Origin: Eledone cirrhosa
Lineage: Eukaryota
Assembly: GCA_964016885.1 (NCBI GenBank)
Contig: OZ024748.1
Span: forward strand, 53,010,001 to 53,074,000
DNA length: 64,000 nt
Reading direction: 5' to 3'
Shown here: positions 31,647 to 46,090 of the stretch, piece after piece
Position numbering within the stretch: position 1 is the first letter of the stretch
How the letters are laid out: each line of letters starts with the position of its first letter
Made by a program: the position numbers and the translations under genes
Notes under the pieces: model-generated
What the model was told of the DNA's origin: nothing
The model's input: the letters and a program-made list of their open reading frames with translations, nothing else
Databases searched by the model: none

Positions 31647-32631
31647 TCATTATCTATAAAAGGCAGATTTTTGTGTCTGTATGTATGTTTCAATGTTATA
31701 CATTTGCACAATTTCAAACCGATTCGACTGAATGTCTGTAAGAATGTTGTAAATGGTCTAACTTAGGTCAACGACTATTTATTTATTTCAAACTCACCCA
31801 CAATTACGGAAATAATCGATAAAACTAAATACATGACGCTTTACCCCTCTAATAGAATCTGCTTACCTCTCTCTACTCCCCTTAAAATTCGATAAAACTA
31901 CATACATGCTGCAACTTTCTCTTATATACGCTTAAACTTACAAACTTCCTTTAGGAACGCCGAAGAGAGGAGAGAGAGAGAGAGCGTTTGTTTTTGAGTG
32001 TGGAACGGTCAAACATTTATTTACTGCAATGACAACAAAGATTATTACATTTCATACGAAACAACAATTATTCAAAAGCAACAGATAAATTTATTCAACA
32101 ACAAAAAAACAGCGATAAATTTTTTTTTAAACATCTCTCAACGAACGTGGAAGAAAGAAGTATCAATTTATTAAATCTTTTTTAAAACATCTCTCAACGA
32201 ACGTGGAAGAAAGAAGTATAAATTTATTTACTATACAGAATAATATACTCTATGGGTTCACTAAACCTGCTAGAAACAGCAGCTAACTCTCGCCCATATC
32301 TCACCCTCCCTACTATTTTAAATTTAGAAAACACACATTAGACAACCATACAGAACAACTCCATCGCAGCTCTGTTGTTCGGCTGGCATTGTCTACGCGC
32401 GTGTTGCGCAAGTACTGTGAAACAATACATTTCAACACTTCTTTGCACAGACATAATATCCATAGGCGAAACTACAGTTGTCACTGCTGGCGCAGCTCCT
32501 GCTTCGGCAGTCCAGGTCTGCAATTCATTCACCCAGTGCCTGGCAGACAAAAAAGTGCTGCCATAAAATGGGTGGTGCAACCTAACTTTGGTAACTTACT
32601 GATCCCGAGCAACGCCGGGCTTTAATGCTAG
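31647..32631 (+). mobile_element. Non-autonomous Helitron
   Basis: 5' A|TC start, 3' hairpin CCCGAGCAACGCCGGG (32604-32619) followed by CTAG|T; inserted in (TA)n; internal ~58-bp duplication at 32115-32230. Confidence 0.8.
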
Positions 32632-32772
32632 TATATATATATATATAGACATATATATATGGAGTATACATGCCATACTCATGGATATTTATATATACGT
32701 TTATATATGTTTGTATTTATGTGTGTATATATATATATATATATACATATATATTAACACATACATATATAT

Positions 32773-32920
32773 AAATAAGGATGGAACCAGTTTAACACTA
32801 GTTAGACCATTACTTAACAGAATACTCAATACTTGGGTTAGTAGAGTACGGCTATATTATAAAGAGTCAGGGCTCCAACGGCTGAGCTCTTGCCGTTTCA
32901 ACAGCTAGTTCCAGCCCCCA
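32773..32920 (-). mobile_element. PLE pseudo-LTR fragment with the 3' half of a hammerhead
   Basis: UAGCUGUU-GAAA-CGGC-AAGAGCUCA-GCCG-UU-GGAGCCC; homologous to 44400-44515 and 57125-57257. Confidence 0.6.
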
Positions 32921-33284
32921 ATGTGTGTTCGTACATCATCATCATCGTTTAACGTCTATCTTCCACGCTAGCATGGGTTCGACGACAATTGTCCCACTTT
33001 TAGGCAAGATTGGTCGGGTGACCGTGTCTCGCTCGTATAGGACTATCTGGCAGGTTTTCTACGGCTGGATGCCCTTCCTAACACCAACCACATTTACAGT
33101 GTGGAACTGGGAACTTTTTACCGTGTTACCTACACAACCACATTACAGCGTGGACAGTGTGTTTTTTTTTTGTTTTGTTTTTTGTCGTGCCACCTACAAA
33201 TGATGCAAATGAAATTAAACCAGAGAATGACATCAATGTATACATGTATTAAAATATATATTTATTATATGTATTCTATATTTT

Positions 33285-33639
33285 GCATTGTACCTTTTTG
33301 ATTTCCATGTGTCTAACACATATGGGCATGCCCACAAAGTCAGAAAACAACACAGTTCCTATGACTTTCGGAAACATTTTTTCACGCTCAGAGTTGCTGA
33401 AGCATGGAACAAACTACCTGCATCAGTTATTAGCTGTCGAGACACTGCATCCTTTAAAACCTCCATGCTTCCTGAGAGATTCGCCAACACTACACCTAAT
33501 GTTCCCCCTCCATACACATACACACATGTATATCATGACTCATACACTATTCACTTCCCTGACATTTGTATATTATTCTATGTACTATACATGTACCTTT
33601 GACGAGTTGTAGTGCAGCTGAGCACTTTACACAATAATT

Positions 33640-33672
<33 letters not shown>
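33285..33672 (+). mobile_element. CR1/L2-group LINE 3' end
   Basis: GHAHKVRKQ...DFRKHFFTLRVAEAWNKLPASVISC...SFK is the typical CR1 RT C-terminus; followed by a 3' UTR and (ATT)n tail. Confidence 0.88.
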
Positions 33673-33677
<5 letters not shown>

Positions 33678-34629
33678 CCTTGGTCCTTGTGGATATCATC
33701 AACATCATCATCCTCAGTCTTTTACATTAATGTTCCATACTTGCATTGTTTAGCTGGCTTGTCATGTTCTGAGCATAGCCAGGTCATACTTTCTAGTTCT
33801 GGAATTATTTCAATGGTCGTATGTCACTCAAGACACCAATCACTACATGGAGTGTACTGGGTACAGTTTGTCATGACCCTGCCATTGACCCTGACATGGT
33901 GATGGTGAAATAAAGATTTCTATTTCAGGCACAAGGCTAGCAATTTTTGAAGGGCAGGGAGGGAGTTAATTAAATTGGCCCCAGTGCATTACAGGTGCTT
34001 TATTTATCGACCCTGTAATAATTGTTTCTACTTTTGGCACAAGGCCAGCAATTAATCCCAGCGCATTACTGGTACTTTATGTTATCAACCCTGTAAGGAT
34101 GAAAGGCAAAGTTAACCTCGGCGGGATTTGAACTCAGACCATAAAGTGGCGTAACTCTTTGTTGCAAAGGATGGCGTCCGACCCTCGACCGATACTGCCA
34201 ATCCACCGCTCTTAGTGTGATGGTGCAATAATACACACACACGCACACACACACAGGGCTGTCACCAAGAGGGCAATGAAAGACACTATATTAAAAACAA
34301 TGATTTAATACACACTGTAAGCCCCAAGTACAACTAGAATCTAAGAAGGCCAGCCAAAATATTGTAAACATATTTTTCCTTGGTGCAATTTGATGATAAA
34401 TTATGGTTTTTCCCTTGCTCTGGTCTGATGTTTGGGTTATTTCCTTTTATTTTTTTTTCCATGCATTTTTTAACAAATGGCCCACTACTATAGATTAATT
34501 CATATTCAGATCACTTATGGAATAATATATGAAATGTAATGAAGAAATTGACACGAGAAATATATGACGTAGTATGTATATTAAAACAAATATGTAAACA
34601 TTGTACATATTTTCACTAGGCACGGATCC

Positions 34630-35090
34630 ATGTTCCTAACAGTGATGTGTAGATAAATTAATCATAAACGCAATACTGTCATCATCCAACATAGAAACGG
34701 CAGTACAATACGATTAATGATTTTCAAGAACAAAACTTGTCGTAAAAGGCTTCCCTTTACATCTTTGAGAAGTGTGTCCATGTACATTTGGTTTTTGAAA
34801 AAACTCTGCCTGTCTGTGTTTAAAACAAAATGGAAGCTCATCATAAAGTGTTTAGCCCTATACCAGCAGAGTTTTTATTGGTTCAATTTATATTGCAAGT
34901 TGTGTCTAACAGTAAAACATTTTATTTTATTCCCAAATACACATGCATTAAACGAAAAATCTAATTTGCTAAGTTCCTGCAGACATGCTTCTAAATAACA
35001 ACTTAGCAATTCTCTTCCACGAATTCCTTTAGACAAACTCCTTTACTACCTTGTCTCACCATTACTTCACTCACGACGCTGAAGAGTTTT
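34630..35090 (+). mobile_element. PLE GIY-YIG endonuclease remnant
   Basis: SMYIWFLKK...KWKLI...CKLCLTVKHFILFP..ALNEKSNLLSSCRHASK matches PLE LSxYIWxLK...CxLCLxEK...LNKRSELxSxCRH; a CTGAAGA follows at 35079. Confidence 0.75.
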
Positions 35091-35634
35091 CTAAATTGTT
35101 ACACCTTTAAGCTATATTCTCTACACCTCTTGTTTAAATCATCACACCAGAATATTACAATAATAAAGATACATGTCCAATCTTTAAATATCCTCCTTTT
35201 CCAATCCTCGCATTCTTTCCCTTCGTCTCATTTTGTTTTCATTTCCATTCTTTCTTAACCCTTGTCAAAGAAGAAAATATACATAGCGTCATTTGGTAAG
35301 AGTTCTAAACGAGAAGGGAGGTAATTTCAAGAAATGAAGTATAACTTGAAGATTGAATGAGACAATTTAGTGGGTAGTTAGATCGGTAGACAGATAATAT
35401 AGATAAATAGTTAAACAGAGAGAGAGAGGTACGCGTGAAGATATGTAGTTAGATAAATGCATAACTAGATATGTTTGTTGTGTTTGTCTGTACAGGTAGA
35501 TAGATCGCTACTGCTCTATGGCTGACCATCTTGTCAACACTCTTTGAAAGAGAGAGAGAGAGAGATAGAGCTTAGGAAGAAGATATTGCATTACTATGTT
35601 CAAGACAAATTTAGTGGTTGTCACGTGAGTAGAA

Positions 35635-35682
<48 letters not shown>

Positions 35683-35694
35683 TCTCTCTCTCTC

Positions 35695-35754
<60 letters not shown>

Positions 35755-35985
35755 TATCATATATTGAGTTATAAACTCAAAAATAGTCTTTTACAATTAA
35801 ATAGCTCAAAGAAGGGAATATTTCCGAGCCGTGTAATACAAATGAATTGATTTATTACTTCAAATCGAGATAGGCAAACCATATTATTTTAAATTAGTAT
35901 TTTTTCAACCTAGCGAACTTGGTCATTTACAATTCGGACACATGTATACTTGTATCGGTGTTCATCCCTCTCATATATTCATTTG

Positions 35986-36016
<31 letters not shown>

Positions 36017-36283
36017 CCACACATATACAACATACATGAGAGATGCGTGTAGGTGACATAACAAAAAGCACCCTGTCCACACTGCAAAATGGTTGTGTAG
36101 GTGTTACGACAAAAAGGACCCATTACTCACTGTAAATGTGCTTGGCATTAGGAAGGGCATCTGACTGTAGAAACCAAGCCAAAATCGGTTCTGCATGAGC
36201 AAGACATGTCACCTGACAAGACATTTCTCACAACAGGACAACTCGTTTAACCCATGGTAGCGTGGGAAAATGGACGTTAAACG

Positions 36284-36361
<78 letters not shown>

Positions 36362-37299
36362 TAAGAAGAAATACTGTTAATTATATCATATTTTAATTAA
36401 CGCACGTTTCTTCCATCTTACAGGATATATAATTAATTATTAGTTAATTATTTATATAATCCAATAATTGGATTCACCAGTAAATCTTGTATGTAGCTTT
36501 CTGAGTAGTTTTCTGTAATAAATCTCATTCTGAGCTGTAATGATGTAATAATTTCTTTAGCTAACTTTATCTGATTTTGTATTTTAAAACGACATATTCT
36601 GAATAAGATAGTTAGATAGATACGAAGAGAGAGAGAGTGAGAGAGATAATGGATGGATTAATTCACTCAGGTGCATATAGATGTGATAGATCGATTCTCA
36701 ATACCAATAAGTAGTAGAGTGGTATAATATTTATTAGAAACTATATCTTCATGAATATCTTCGTTTTCACCTTTTGAATGTTCTGGTTATTATGAAATTA
36801 TCAATGAATAAATATGTTCGTTGACTTTATTTAAATCGTTTAAAAGTGAACCACCTATTTCAATGGTTATTAAATATTCTAGACTGTCACGTTGATATAT
36901 AAAAATCTATATAAAACTGTTGCAGAATGAAAAAATATGAAAAGAATTATTGTGTTAATTCTGATACATAAACATTTATACCAACTGTAAATAAGTAATT
37001 TTGAAAATTAAAAATAGCTTGTAAATGTTGAAAATGTTGTTAGACTCATGAGTAATGCGAATAACAATAACGATTGTATATGATTTCATAATTGGTTAAG
37101 GTCATTTGTAAGGCGGGATTTGGGCAGAAGCGTCGGCGTCTAGGATTAAAATATTTGGATATTTGTTCTGTCTCACTGCACACTGAGATCAAATTCCGCC
37201 GAGGTCAACTTTTATCCTTTCGACTTCAATAAATAAAATACAAATGCAGTACTGGTACCAATCTCTCTCTCTCTCTCTTGGAATAATTTGGCGGTTTTT

Positions 37300-38100
37300 A
37301 GAACTGGAGAGGGATGGACTCCTCTGGGTTTAAACATTCCTCAAAAACCCTTTGTCCGTATGGTGATCCAAAGACTCCACCAGTAGTTAAGAGAGTTTTA
37401 ACTTACCTATGTTTGGTTAGAACATTTTAGATAATACTTGGATCTGTGGAGACAGATTAAATCAGAACTCTTGTTAAGAATACTATCGATAAGAAAGAGG
37501 ATAGCGAGTTTTTCTTATTTACATCAGTTTAAAATGGTTTGATTGTTTGTCTGACTGATGTTTAATGTATGCCAGGTAATGTCAAAATTCTATTGCTTCG
37601 ATTTTCAGAAGCCAAACATACATTTTAAAATCTGTCTCTTATTTTCTATTAATAATTTTATTATGTTTCTAAATATTCAAGTACTGCTTGAACCTCAATT
37701 TGGAAGTAATTAATGTAAAACCAGTTTATTATTGAACAATTGAATTATTAGCGGTTGACACCCTTACACATTATGCAACCTACCTTATCAGATATTTACC
37801 ATCCAAAGACAAACGCTGGTACTACAATTACAAATTTGACTGAGAATTGTAATCATTGAATTTATGAGTTTCTTATGGGTGATATTAGATAATGGAGCTG
37901 TTAAATTATTTGTAGAAAAATAGTTAAAATTAATAGAATTAATATTAAAATTGTTTTTACTTTTTATTTGTAATGTAAAAGTGTCCTTGCATCAGTTTTA
38001 AAACACGCTTGACTATGTTAGTGCAGATGTCGATGATTTTGTTTATATTCCCAGACATGAAAGTCTATTCGAAAAGACTGCTCTAAATGTCCTCATCGAT
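37300..38100 (+). mobile_element. Possible highly decayed PLE reverse-transcriptase remnant
   Basis: Scattered frameshifted motifs (KSEL, LKWF, KFY.ASI) in the order expected for a PLE RT; weak. Confidence 0.25.
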
Positions 38101-38996
38101 GACCAGGTTTGTTCCCATTCTGTCATTATTCGTACTCTCCCGTAACCCTCTATAGAAATCGAAGTTTGCTGTTCCACCGACTGATTTACGCAACCAAATA
38201 AGAGTAGTCAGCGCCTGACAACATTTAAGCACAAGTGGGCAGAAATAACGGTAGGGGTTTTCATTCGATAGAAATACAAAATAGAACATGTTGACTGACG
38301 TATACTCATATTTACATAATAAGAAACCCTGCAACTTATGTACAACTGAAAGTATAGATATGATCCTAGATAAACAGAAACTATCAACGAAACATTGAGA
38401 GAATTACCACGTATATACACCAGTTATTGAAGTCTTACGGACAATACAAGCCATTCGAAAATACAACAATTAACCCAGACATGCATACATCTTGGAACAA
38501 CTTAGTATTACCACCATAAATGACTTCGTTCAACATTCTCTCGTGAACTCTGGAACTGACAATATTCAAAACGTATCAAATCCCATACCCTATTTCTCTT
38601 TCCACATAATGGTAATAACTGTATTATACATGATATATGTATGATTGGTACTGTTATGTACATAGTCCCTCACCCCTCATATATATCATCATTTAATGTC
38701 TAATACTGAAAATATTACATTGTTTTCTATTTTAACTTATTTATATTTTAACTTATGTTTTTCTCTCCTATATCTATTGAATAAGCTATTTTTGCTTGAG
38801 TATTTAACCAATGTATATATATATACTGGGGTCCCTATCATTCCACTGCAAAGAGGTCGTGTAGGTGCCACGGCAAAAAGCACCCACTGTAAATGCGGTT
38901 GGTGTTAGGAAGGGCATCCAGCTGTAGAAATCAAGCCAGAATCAGTTTCCGTCCCACCCTTGCAAGCAGGGAAAAGTGGACGTAAAATGATGATGA

Positions 38997-39045
<49 letters not shown>

Positions 39046-39114
39046 TGTGTGCCTGCATGTGTAATATATGTATTTATATATAATTATATTTTACATACAA
39101 ATGTAAATACACAA

Positions 39115-39149
<35 letters not shown>

Positions 39150-39693
39150 AGCACACATGAACGAATGTATGCTTTGTTTGTTTCTACATAAATGCATTCA
39201 ATGAAAGAGATATTGTGAGAAAGACAACATTGAGTTCCCTCTCGACCCTTCTCCCCCCCCCCCCCCTCTCTCTTAGTCAGCATTTATTGTAGAGAAAGGA
39301 GTAAAATAAAACATTGTAAATCAAGGGACAGAAAGATATATGTATAATGTCTATACAAATGATTCTTTAGTATGAGTGTGTTTGTGTGGATGTGTGAGAA
39401 TGTGTGTAGGGAGATATGAGCTTCTATTTTGAGGTAAACTAACCTGGGATCCCTAAATAGAAATATGTGAACAGAAACGTTAGACATCAAATATTATTGG
39501 AGAAAGAGAGAGAGAGTGGGAGCAGTTGGAGGGGGTTGAGGTTTAGATTTTTAATGAGTTCCACAGATTTCAACACAAATAGATATGTTTTTTTAAATAA
39601 AACTGGCATCCAAGTGTTAGTGCAAAATTGTATACGAATGAATGTATATATATATATATATATATATAGATATATATAGAGATATAGATAGAT

Positions 39694-39724
<31 letters not shown>

Positions 39725-39782
39725 TATATATGTGTGTATATGTTTGTATGTATATGTATATATATGTGTGTGTATGTATGTA

Positions 39783-39837
<55 letters not shown>

Positions 39838-40305
39838 ATACTTGGGGAGTGTCATTGTTGTATATATATCTTGCTATATATATATATATATATATATATA
39901 GTAATAATAATAAAATTGAAGACTAAAATCCAAAGAGGGTTCGATAAGGAAAATATATATCAAATATATAAGAACCGTATATATATATGAATGTTATATA
40001 TATGATCCAAAGGAAATATCTGAAACTAGCCAATGAATAACATGCTAAATTTTGATATATATCTAACTTCATGCCATTGATCCACTTGAGTTATTTTTCT
40101 CCACGTATTGTACTTCATAATTATTGAAATTACTTCAGGACAACATTCTTTCAACTACATTTTCTATATGGAAAAGAAAGGAAAATTAAATTTACTGCTC
40201 ACAACTATACAAGTTTAGCTGGCCTCTTATAGATTTCTATCTCATAGGACATTTCTTAAAAAAAAATCTTTTGTCATTTGTTCAAATCAGACTTGAATAG
40301 ACTGT

Positions 40306-40348
40306 GTTATACTAATGAAGCCCAGTAAGACTGAAACATGTCTGTAGC
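40306..40348 (+). ncRNA. Minimal hammerhead motif with a G5A core mutation (probably inactive)
   Basis: GUUAUA-CUAAUGA-AG...CU-GAAA-CAUG-UC-UGUAGC; palindromic stem III ACAUGU. Confidence 0.65.
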
Positions 40349-40399
40349 TGTCATCTTGTCTGCAAACAAAGACCAGGTTTTTTTGTTCTAAGAATGTAA

Positions 40400-41500
40400 A
40401 TTAATTTCGTAAAATTAATCTTGAAATTATTTCGCTCTTGAGAGTTTAGAAACATAGCCAAAGGCATATGTGAATCCTGTACAATATGTATGTACGGCCC
40501 CCTAACGTCTGATGAAGTTGTATGGGTGCTGTAATGACATACCATGTTTCTTGGCCATTTAAAACATGGTGGAGTCCATCTTCTCTCCAAGCTCTATTCA
40601 AATATTTATGTATAATAAGCATTCACTTAATGTCACTGTGAACATGTCACATGCCTTTATTCTGAATCATGTATTAATGCTATCGCCAATTTGCTACAGA
40701 TGGTTTCTTTACAAAATCCTATAAAATATTGTCTTCTATACTTCAGAAACCAGGCATAAGTAAACGCAGCTCTTATCCTGGTTGCTGGAGTAGCTGTAAC
40801 ATACATCTTCACATCTTAAATACCCACAGCAATATTGTATGGGCTTATAGAATCATTTATTATAAACACACTGTGTTCTTGCTATAGCTAATTAAAACAA
40901 ACTGGATCACTACGTGGTATATATAAGAAACATTTTAACAGAAACACGTTTAAGTTTTTTTTTTTTCCTATTATAAAAAAAACTATGCTTCTTCTCTCAA
41001 CAGTTTTAATACACAAATGATTGACCCTATCAATACAAATGTTCCCCTGCCTACCTGTAATTAGTTGAATAAATCCTAGCAACTGTTCCCATAGTGGAAA
41101 CTGTCTGGCTAAATGCATAGCATATTGTGCAAGAAATCAGTTTGACTAGAATTATGCATTTGGAATTTACATTGGATTAACGAAAATAATCTGCTTTTGT
41201 CAGCATAATAGATAGCCTGCAAAAAGGACCCCTACAAGTTTATCTAAATATAATTGGTGTTTGAAAGAATCTTGCCTAGTTGTTTTTACAACAATGTGGT
41301 CGATCTTAAAACCTGCTGTCTCATAAAAGAATGGTTTTCATCAATTGTCAGTGAAATGTTCCATGTGCTTAAGTTAAAATTTGTTCACTTTATTCCGATG
41401 TGCCAATATGCTTTGAACCAAATATTTCAGTTGTTAACCTTCTGCATGTATACTTCAGAACACTCTCTATGTAATTCGTTTTTACTTTTAAATGGTAGAA
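40400..41500 (-). mobile_element. Decayed piggyBac-like transposase
   Basis: Frameshifted motifs in the expected order: LTIDE, GRQGNICID, KKPSV, RRWT. Confidence 0.45.
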
Positions 41501-42058
41501 GTCTATTGAAATGTCCGGTTAGAATAATAGATCTATAGTGTTTATTCTATTGACTTTTATCTATTAACTGCAGCTTTTATTGACTCCTTTTTTATATTAC
41601 TATTTATAATATCCAGAAACCGGAGGATTTCACAAACTTTTCCCCTCACTTAGCACCCTTATATTTTTTAGCTGTAGTGACTTTAAACCGAATATTTATG
41701 TTAATAACACGATATTAACACAGTTTTATATAATTTCAACCAATCTTCGCTCTTTCAATGCAAATGTGTATTTTTTATTCAATGTTTCTAATTATTTTAA
41801 CCCTTTAGAATTTACATTACTATATATATACTATTGTATTTTCGAGGTAAATGCTTTACCTTACATAATTATCTCACATAATATCGAATCTATGAGATTT
41901 TGATATTATTTATTTTGAGAATAATACCTTAACATCAGTATGAGTGGCCAGTTACAGCTAGTTTGAACAGAAATAGGGGAGAGATGCTTAAACTCTTTTT
42001 AATGCATAATTTTAACACATCTCTATGATATTCTATATTCTAATTTGCAACTTCTAAG

Positions 42059-42291
42059 TACGAGGGTTAGGTGGAAATTTCATAGGCTGAAAGGTTTATA
42101 GGCTGAAAAGTTCATAGGCTGACCAAGAGACTCTTATGGAATGACCAAATGTGGTTATTTTTCAACATAGTCTCTGGAAAGAAACAATGCAGTTATTAAT
42201 GAGAAGAGTTGAAATTATTGCATGCAAGATTTCACAGCCCTAGCATCACTCCTTCATAGTCAGCCTATGAACCATTCAGGGGGCCCTCGTA
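42059..42291. mobile_element. Tc1/mariner-type MITE, single-unit copy
   Basis: TACGAGGG ... CCCTCGTA termini with TA TSD; same body as 20672-21159 and 51227-51411. Confidence 0.88.
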
Positions 42292-42769
42292 TATTCCCTC
42301 AAATATTTTCTACTTCTAAATTAAGTTTGTCCTCTTTTTAAACCCCCCCCCCCACCCCATCACTGTTTTCCTCTTTCCCCTTTTCAAATCTTTTTCTATT
42401 TGCTTACTTTTACAGGTCCTCCTTACTTTTATTATCTTCATCCCTTTTTCTTTCAACAGCCATTCTCCCCTGTCTTCAGCCCTTCCCCCTCCCCCACACA
42501 CACACCTTCCATCTCTTCTTCTAGATTACTCATTTGATATATTTACATTTATGTAGTGTTCTCAACAGTCATATTTGTTTTAAAAGTTTAGTGGTTCAGA
42601 TGTACAGTTCTTTATCACAGTCTTTAGTTCAATTCTCAGAACACAAGTATGTTTATTCCAAGATACACTCACACACATTGCTTAAAATTTAATCTGTTCT
42701 TATAATAAATATTTGCTCTACTGGTTTTTGTATATATATACATATTATATATATATATATGTGGATGCA

Positions 42770-43000
42770 CACATGTGTTGTTTCCTTGAGCAAGATACTT
42801 TATTTCACAATGCTCCAGTTTACTCAGCTGTAGAAATGAGATGATTTGTCGTGGAGGTGCCACGGCAAAAAAGCACCCAGCCCTCACTGTAGATGAGGTT
42901 GGTGTTAGGAAGAGCATCCAGCTGTAGAAATCAAGCCAGAATCAGTTCCCGTCCCACCCTTGCAAGCAGGGAAAAGCGGACATAAAATGATGATGATGAT
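42770..43000 (+). mobile_element. 5'-truncated CORE-like SINE
   Basis: Matches 2230-2500. Confidence 0.85.
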
Positions 43001-43439
43001 CGCTATCGAGCCCTCTTCGGATTTTAACCTTCACATTTATTATTACTATCATCATCATCATCATCAACGTTTAACGTCCGTGTTCCACGCTTGCATGGGT
43101 TTGGACGGGGGTAGTCCCACTTGAGGCAAGAGTGATTGTCTTGCTCGCATAGGACTGTCTGGCAGGTTTTCTACAGTTGGATGCCCTTCCTAACACCAAC
43201 CACATTTACAGTGTGGGTCTGGGAGGTTTTTACCGTGTTGCCTACACGGCCACATTACAGCGTGGACTGTGTGTTTTTTTGTCGTGACACCTACACGATC
43301 TCATTTGTTTCGGCCTATGGCGCGGCACCAACATAACTTTACATAGAACGGGGTGGTGTGGATGGGGTGGGTGTGGTGGTGGTGGGACGGGGTGTATTTT
43401 GTTAGAGATGCCTACTGGTTGGAGTAGGTTTTACTATAT

Positions 43440-43815
43440 ATTTAGGTAAGGCGGGTCTTCTCTGTTACTGAGTACCGCCAAAGGTCTCGGTCCAGTGACA
43501 TTGTCTTGGAGAGGTGTAAGTGTGTGATGTCGGAGTTTATCAGCTCGTCCCAGGTTTTTCTAGGTCTGCCTATTCCGTGACTACCGTCTTATTGCCCTGC
43601 ACTTTGTTATACAGCTATCGACTTTCATGCGCATCACGTGTCCATACCAACGTAGCCTTCTCTCGAGTAAACAACATCTGATCCCTCTTATCTCTAATTT
43701 TTTCCTTAGTTCGTTTATGCTTTGCCGTTCACGTATATTACTGTTACACATCCAGCGGAGCATGCAAGCTTCGTTCCTCTCTAGTCTGCGTATATCCTCT
43801 GCACACAATGCCCAG
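43440..43815 (-). mobile_element. RTE LINE 3' ORF fragment
   Basis: RLERNEACMLRWMC...ELRKKL...ERRLRWYGHVMRM...GRPRKTWDELI. Confidence 0.92.
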
Positions 43816-43957
43816 GTCTATATATATATCCATAACATAGAGGAATGAACTAGATGTTTCTGTTAGAATCGTCTAACTTCATGAAACCTTAGGTAATGGA
43901 ATAATTATATTGTGTCATTTATTATATAATTAAATAGCTTTTCTACGGAAATACATA

Positions 43958-43989
<32 letters not shown>

Positions 43990-44357
43990 TTCTTTGCTTT
44001 TCTGACTGACTGACCCAATTATCAATTGTTTAATGTTAGCTGTATTAATTTCTGTTGATGACCATAATTAGTTAATGGGATATATCAATAATTTTGATGC
44101 TGTTATTGGATCATTTGATGATCATTAAGTTGCTGATCATGTTGAACTATTGATTGCCCTGATGATTTGGTTGAATTTTTGCCACCTCACTACTGAATTC
44201 TGTAGAGATATACTCTGCATCTGTTTCATCCCCGGAAGCATAGTATAAGACAGTGACTGACATCATGTTGCAGTACCATACATTGTGTGAAGCACCTGGT
44301 GGTATTGTGATTGTGTCAACTTATTAATATATTACCAACACATCAATCACCTGAGCC

Positions 44358-44452
44358 ATGGCCCTGACGAGATGGCTACTTCACGCCCAGGTATTTTTAT
44401 CACCAGTCTAGAATTAGCTGTCGTAACAGCAAGAGCTCAGCTGTCGGGCCCC
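44358..44452 (+). ncRNA. Hammerhead motif with GAAA changed to GUAA
   Basis: CUGACGA 44364-44370; 8-bp stem II GAUGGCUA/UAGCUGUC; stem III ACAGC/GCUGU; GUC triplet; stem I imperfect. Confidence 0.7.
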
Positions 44453-44612
44453 AGCCTTTTCTGAATGTGGTCACACTCTGTTATCCCAAGTACTCTGCTG
44501 AATAATGTTCTTACTCATTTAAAACTGGTAAAATACTGATCTCTTTCTCTTTCTCTCTTCCTCTCTCGCTCTCTCTCTTCCTCTCTCGCTCTCTCGCTCT
44601 CTCTCTCTCTTC

Positions 44613-44893
<281 letters not shown>

Positions 44894-45509
44894 CATACTT
44901 AGATAGCTCTGTAGCATACATAGAGTACTTTCCTTTCTTTTACCCTTCCTACGGAAATATTTTATATATATATAACGGCGATGAATTAGTTTTGCGCGGT
45001 TTTTTATATGAAATCGTGTCGAAACAAATATTGTTATACTTATATATATATATACATATATATAAATGAAAATAGAAGTATCCACTTTTGTCGGGGTTAT
45101 TTAACTTGTCTGTAAAGTGGATATGGGTAACAAAAGGCCAAAGGGAAGAGACAACTTACCAGTTAGTTGTGCTCAACGTAGTTGATAGAGTTGTGTAACA
45201 TACATATCTTAATGATACGAGATGTGTCACCGAGTATTCCACAAAGTATTATAACATATAAACAGGATATCAAGAAAACTAGGCAACATTTGTTGACGTT
45301 GAAAGAAACATTTATTTGTACAATAATATATGTATATATAGCATGCATATACAGACTAGTAGAAATACACACACACCACACATAAATATATATACATGTA
45401 TACACACCTATAAGATTGTCTCTTGTTTACAATAAAAATTATTTTTTAGATTAATGCTATTTCACATAAATTTTACTAGCATTGAATTATATTTCTTATA
45501 CTGATAACG

Positions 45510-46090
45510 ATGATGGTGGTGGTGATGCTGATGGTGCTGATAGTGTTGGTGGTGGTGATGCTGATGGTGCTGATAGTGTTGGTGGTGGTGATGATGATGG
45601 TGCTGATAGTGATGGTGGTGGTGATGATGATGGTGCTGATAGTGGTGGTGGTGGTGATGATGGTGCTGATAGTGATGGTGGTGGTGATGATGATGGTGCT
45701 GATAGTGGTGGTGGTGGTGATGATGGTGCTGATAGTGATGGTGGTGGTGGTGATGATGATGGTGCTGATAGTGTTGGTGGTGGTGATGATGATGGTGCTG
45801 ATAGTGATGGTGGTGGTGATGATGATGGTGCTGATAGTGGTGGTGGTGGTGATGATGGTGCTGATAGTGATGGTGGTGGTGGTGATGATGATGGTGCTGA
45901 TAGTGATGGTGGTGGTGATGATGATGGTGCTGATAGTGATGGTGGTGGTGATGATGATGGTGCTGATAGTGTTGGTGGTGGTGATGATGATGGTGCTGAT
46001 AGTGTTGGTGGTGGTGATGATGATGGTGCCGATAGTGTTGGAGGGGTGGTGATGATGATGGTGCCGATAGTGTTGGAGGGGTGGTGATGA
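45510..46090. repeat. ~30-36-bp GGT/GAT-based minisatellite
   Basis: Unit GGTGGTGGTGATGATGATGGTGCTGATAGT plus GAT or GTT. Confidence 0.9.

Noticed and set aside
35075-35292. Complete hammerhead downstream of the GIY-YIG remnant
   Set aside because: Would need a ~190-nt stem II insert, and stem III and stem I registers do not fit
45482-46087. Gly/Asp-rich (GGGDDDGADS)n biomineralisation-like protein
   Set aside because: No ATG start, signal peptide or clear splice support; another frame is equally open
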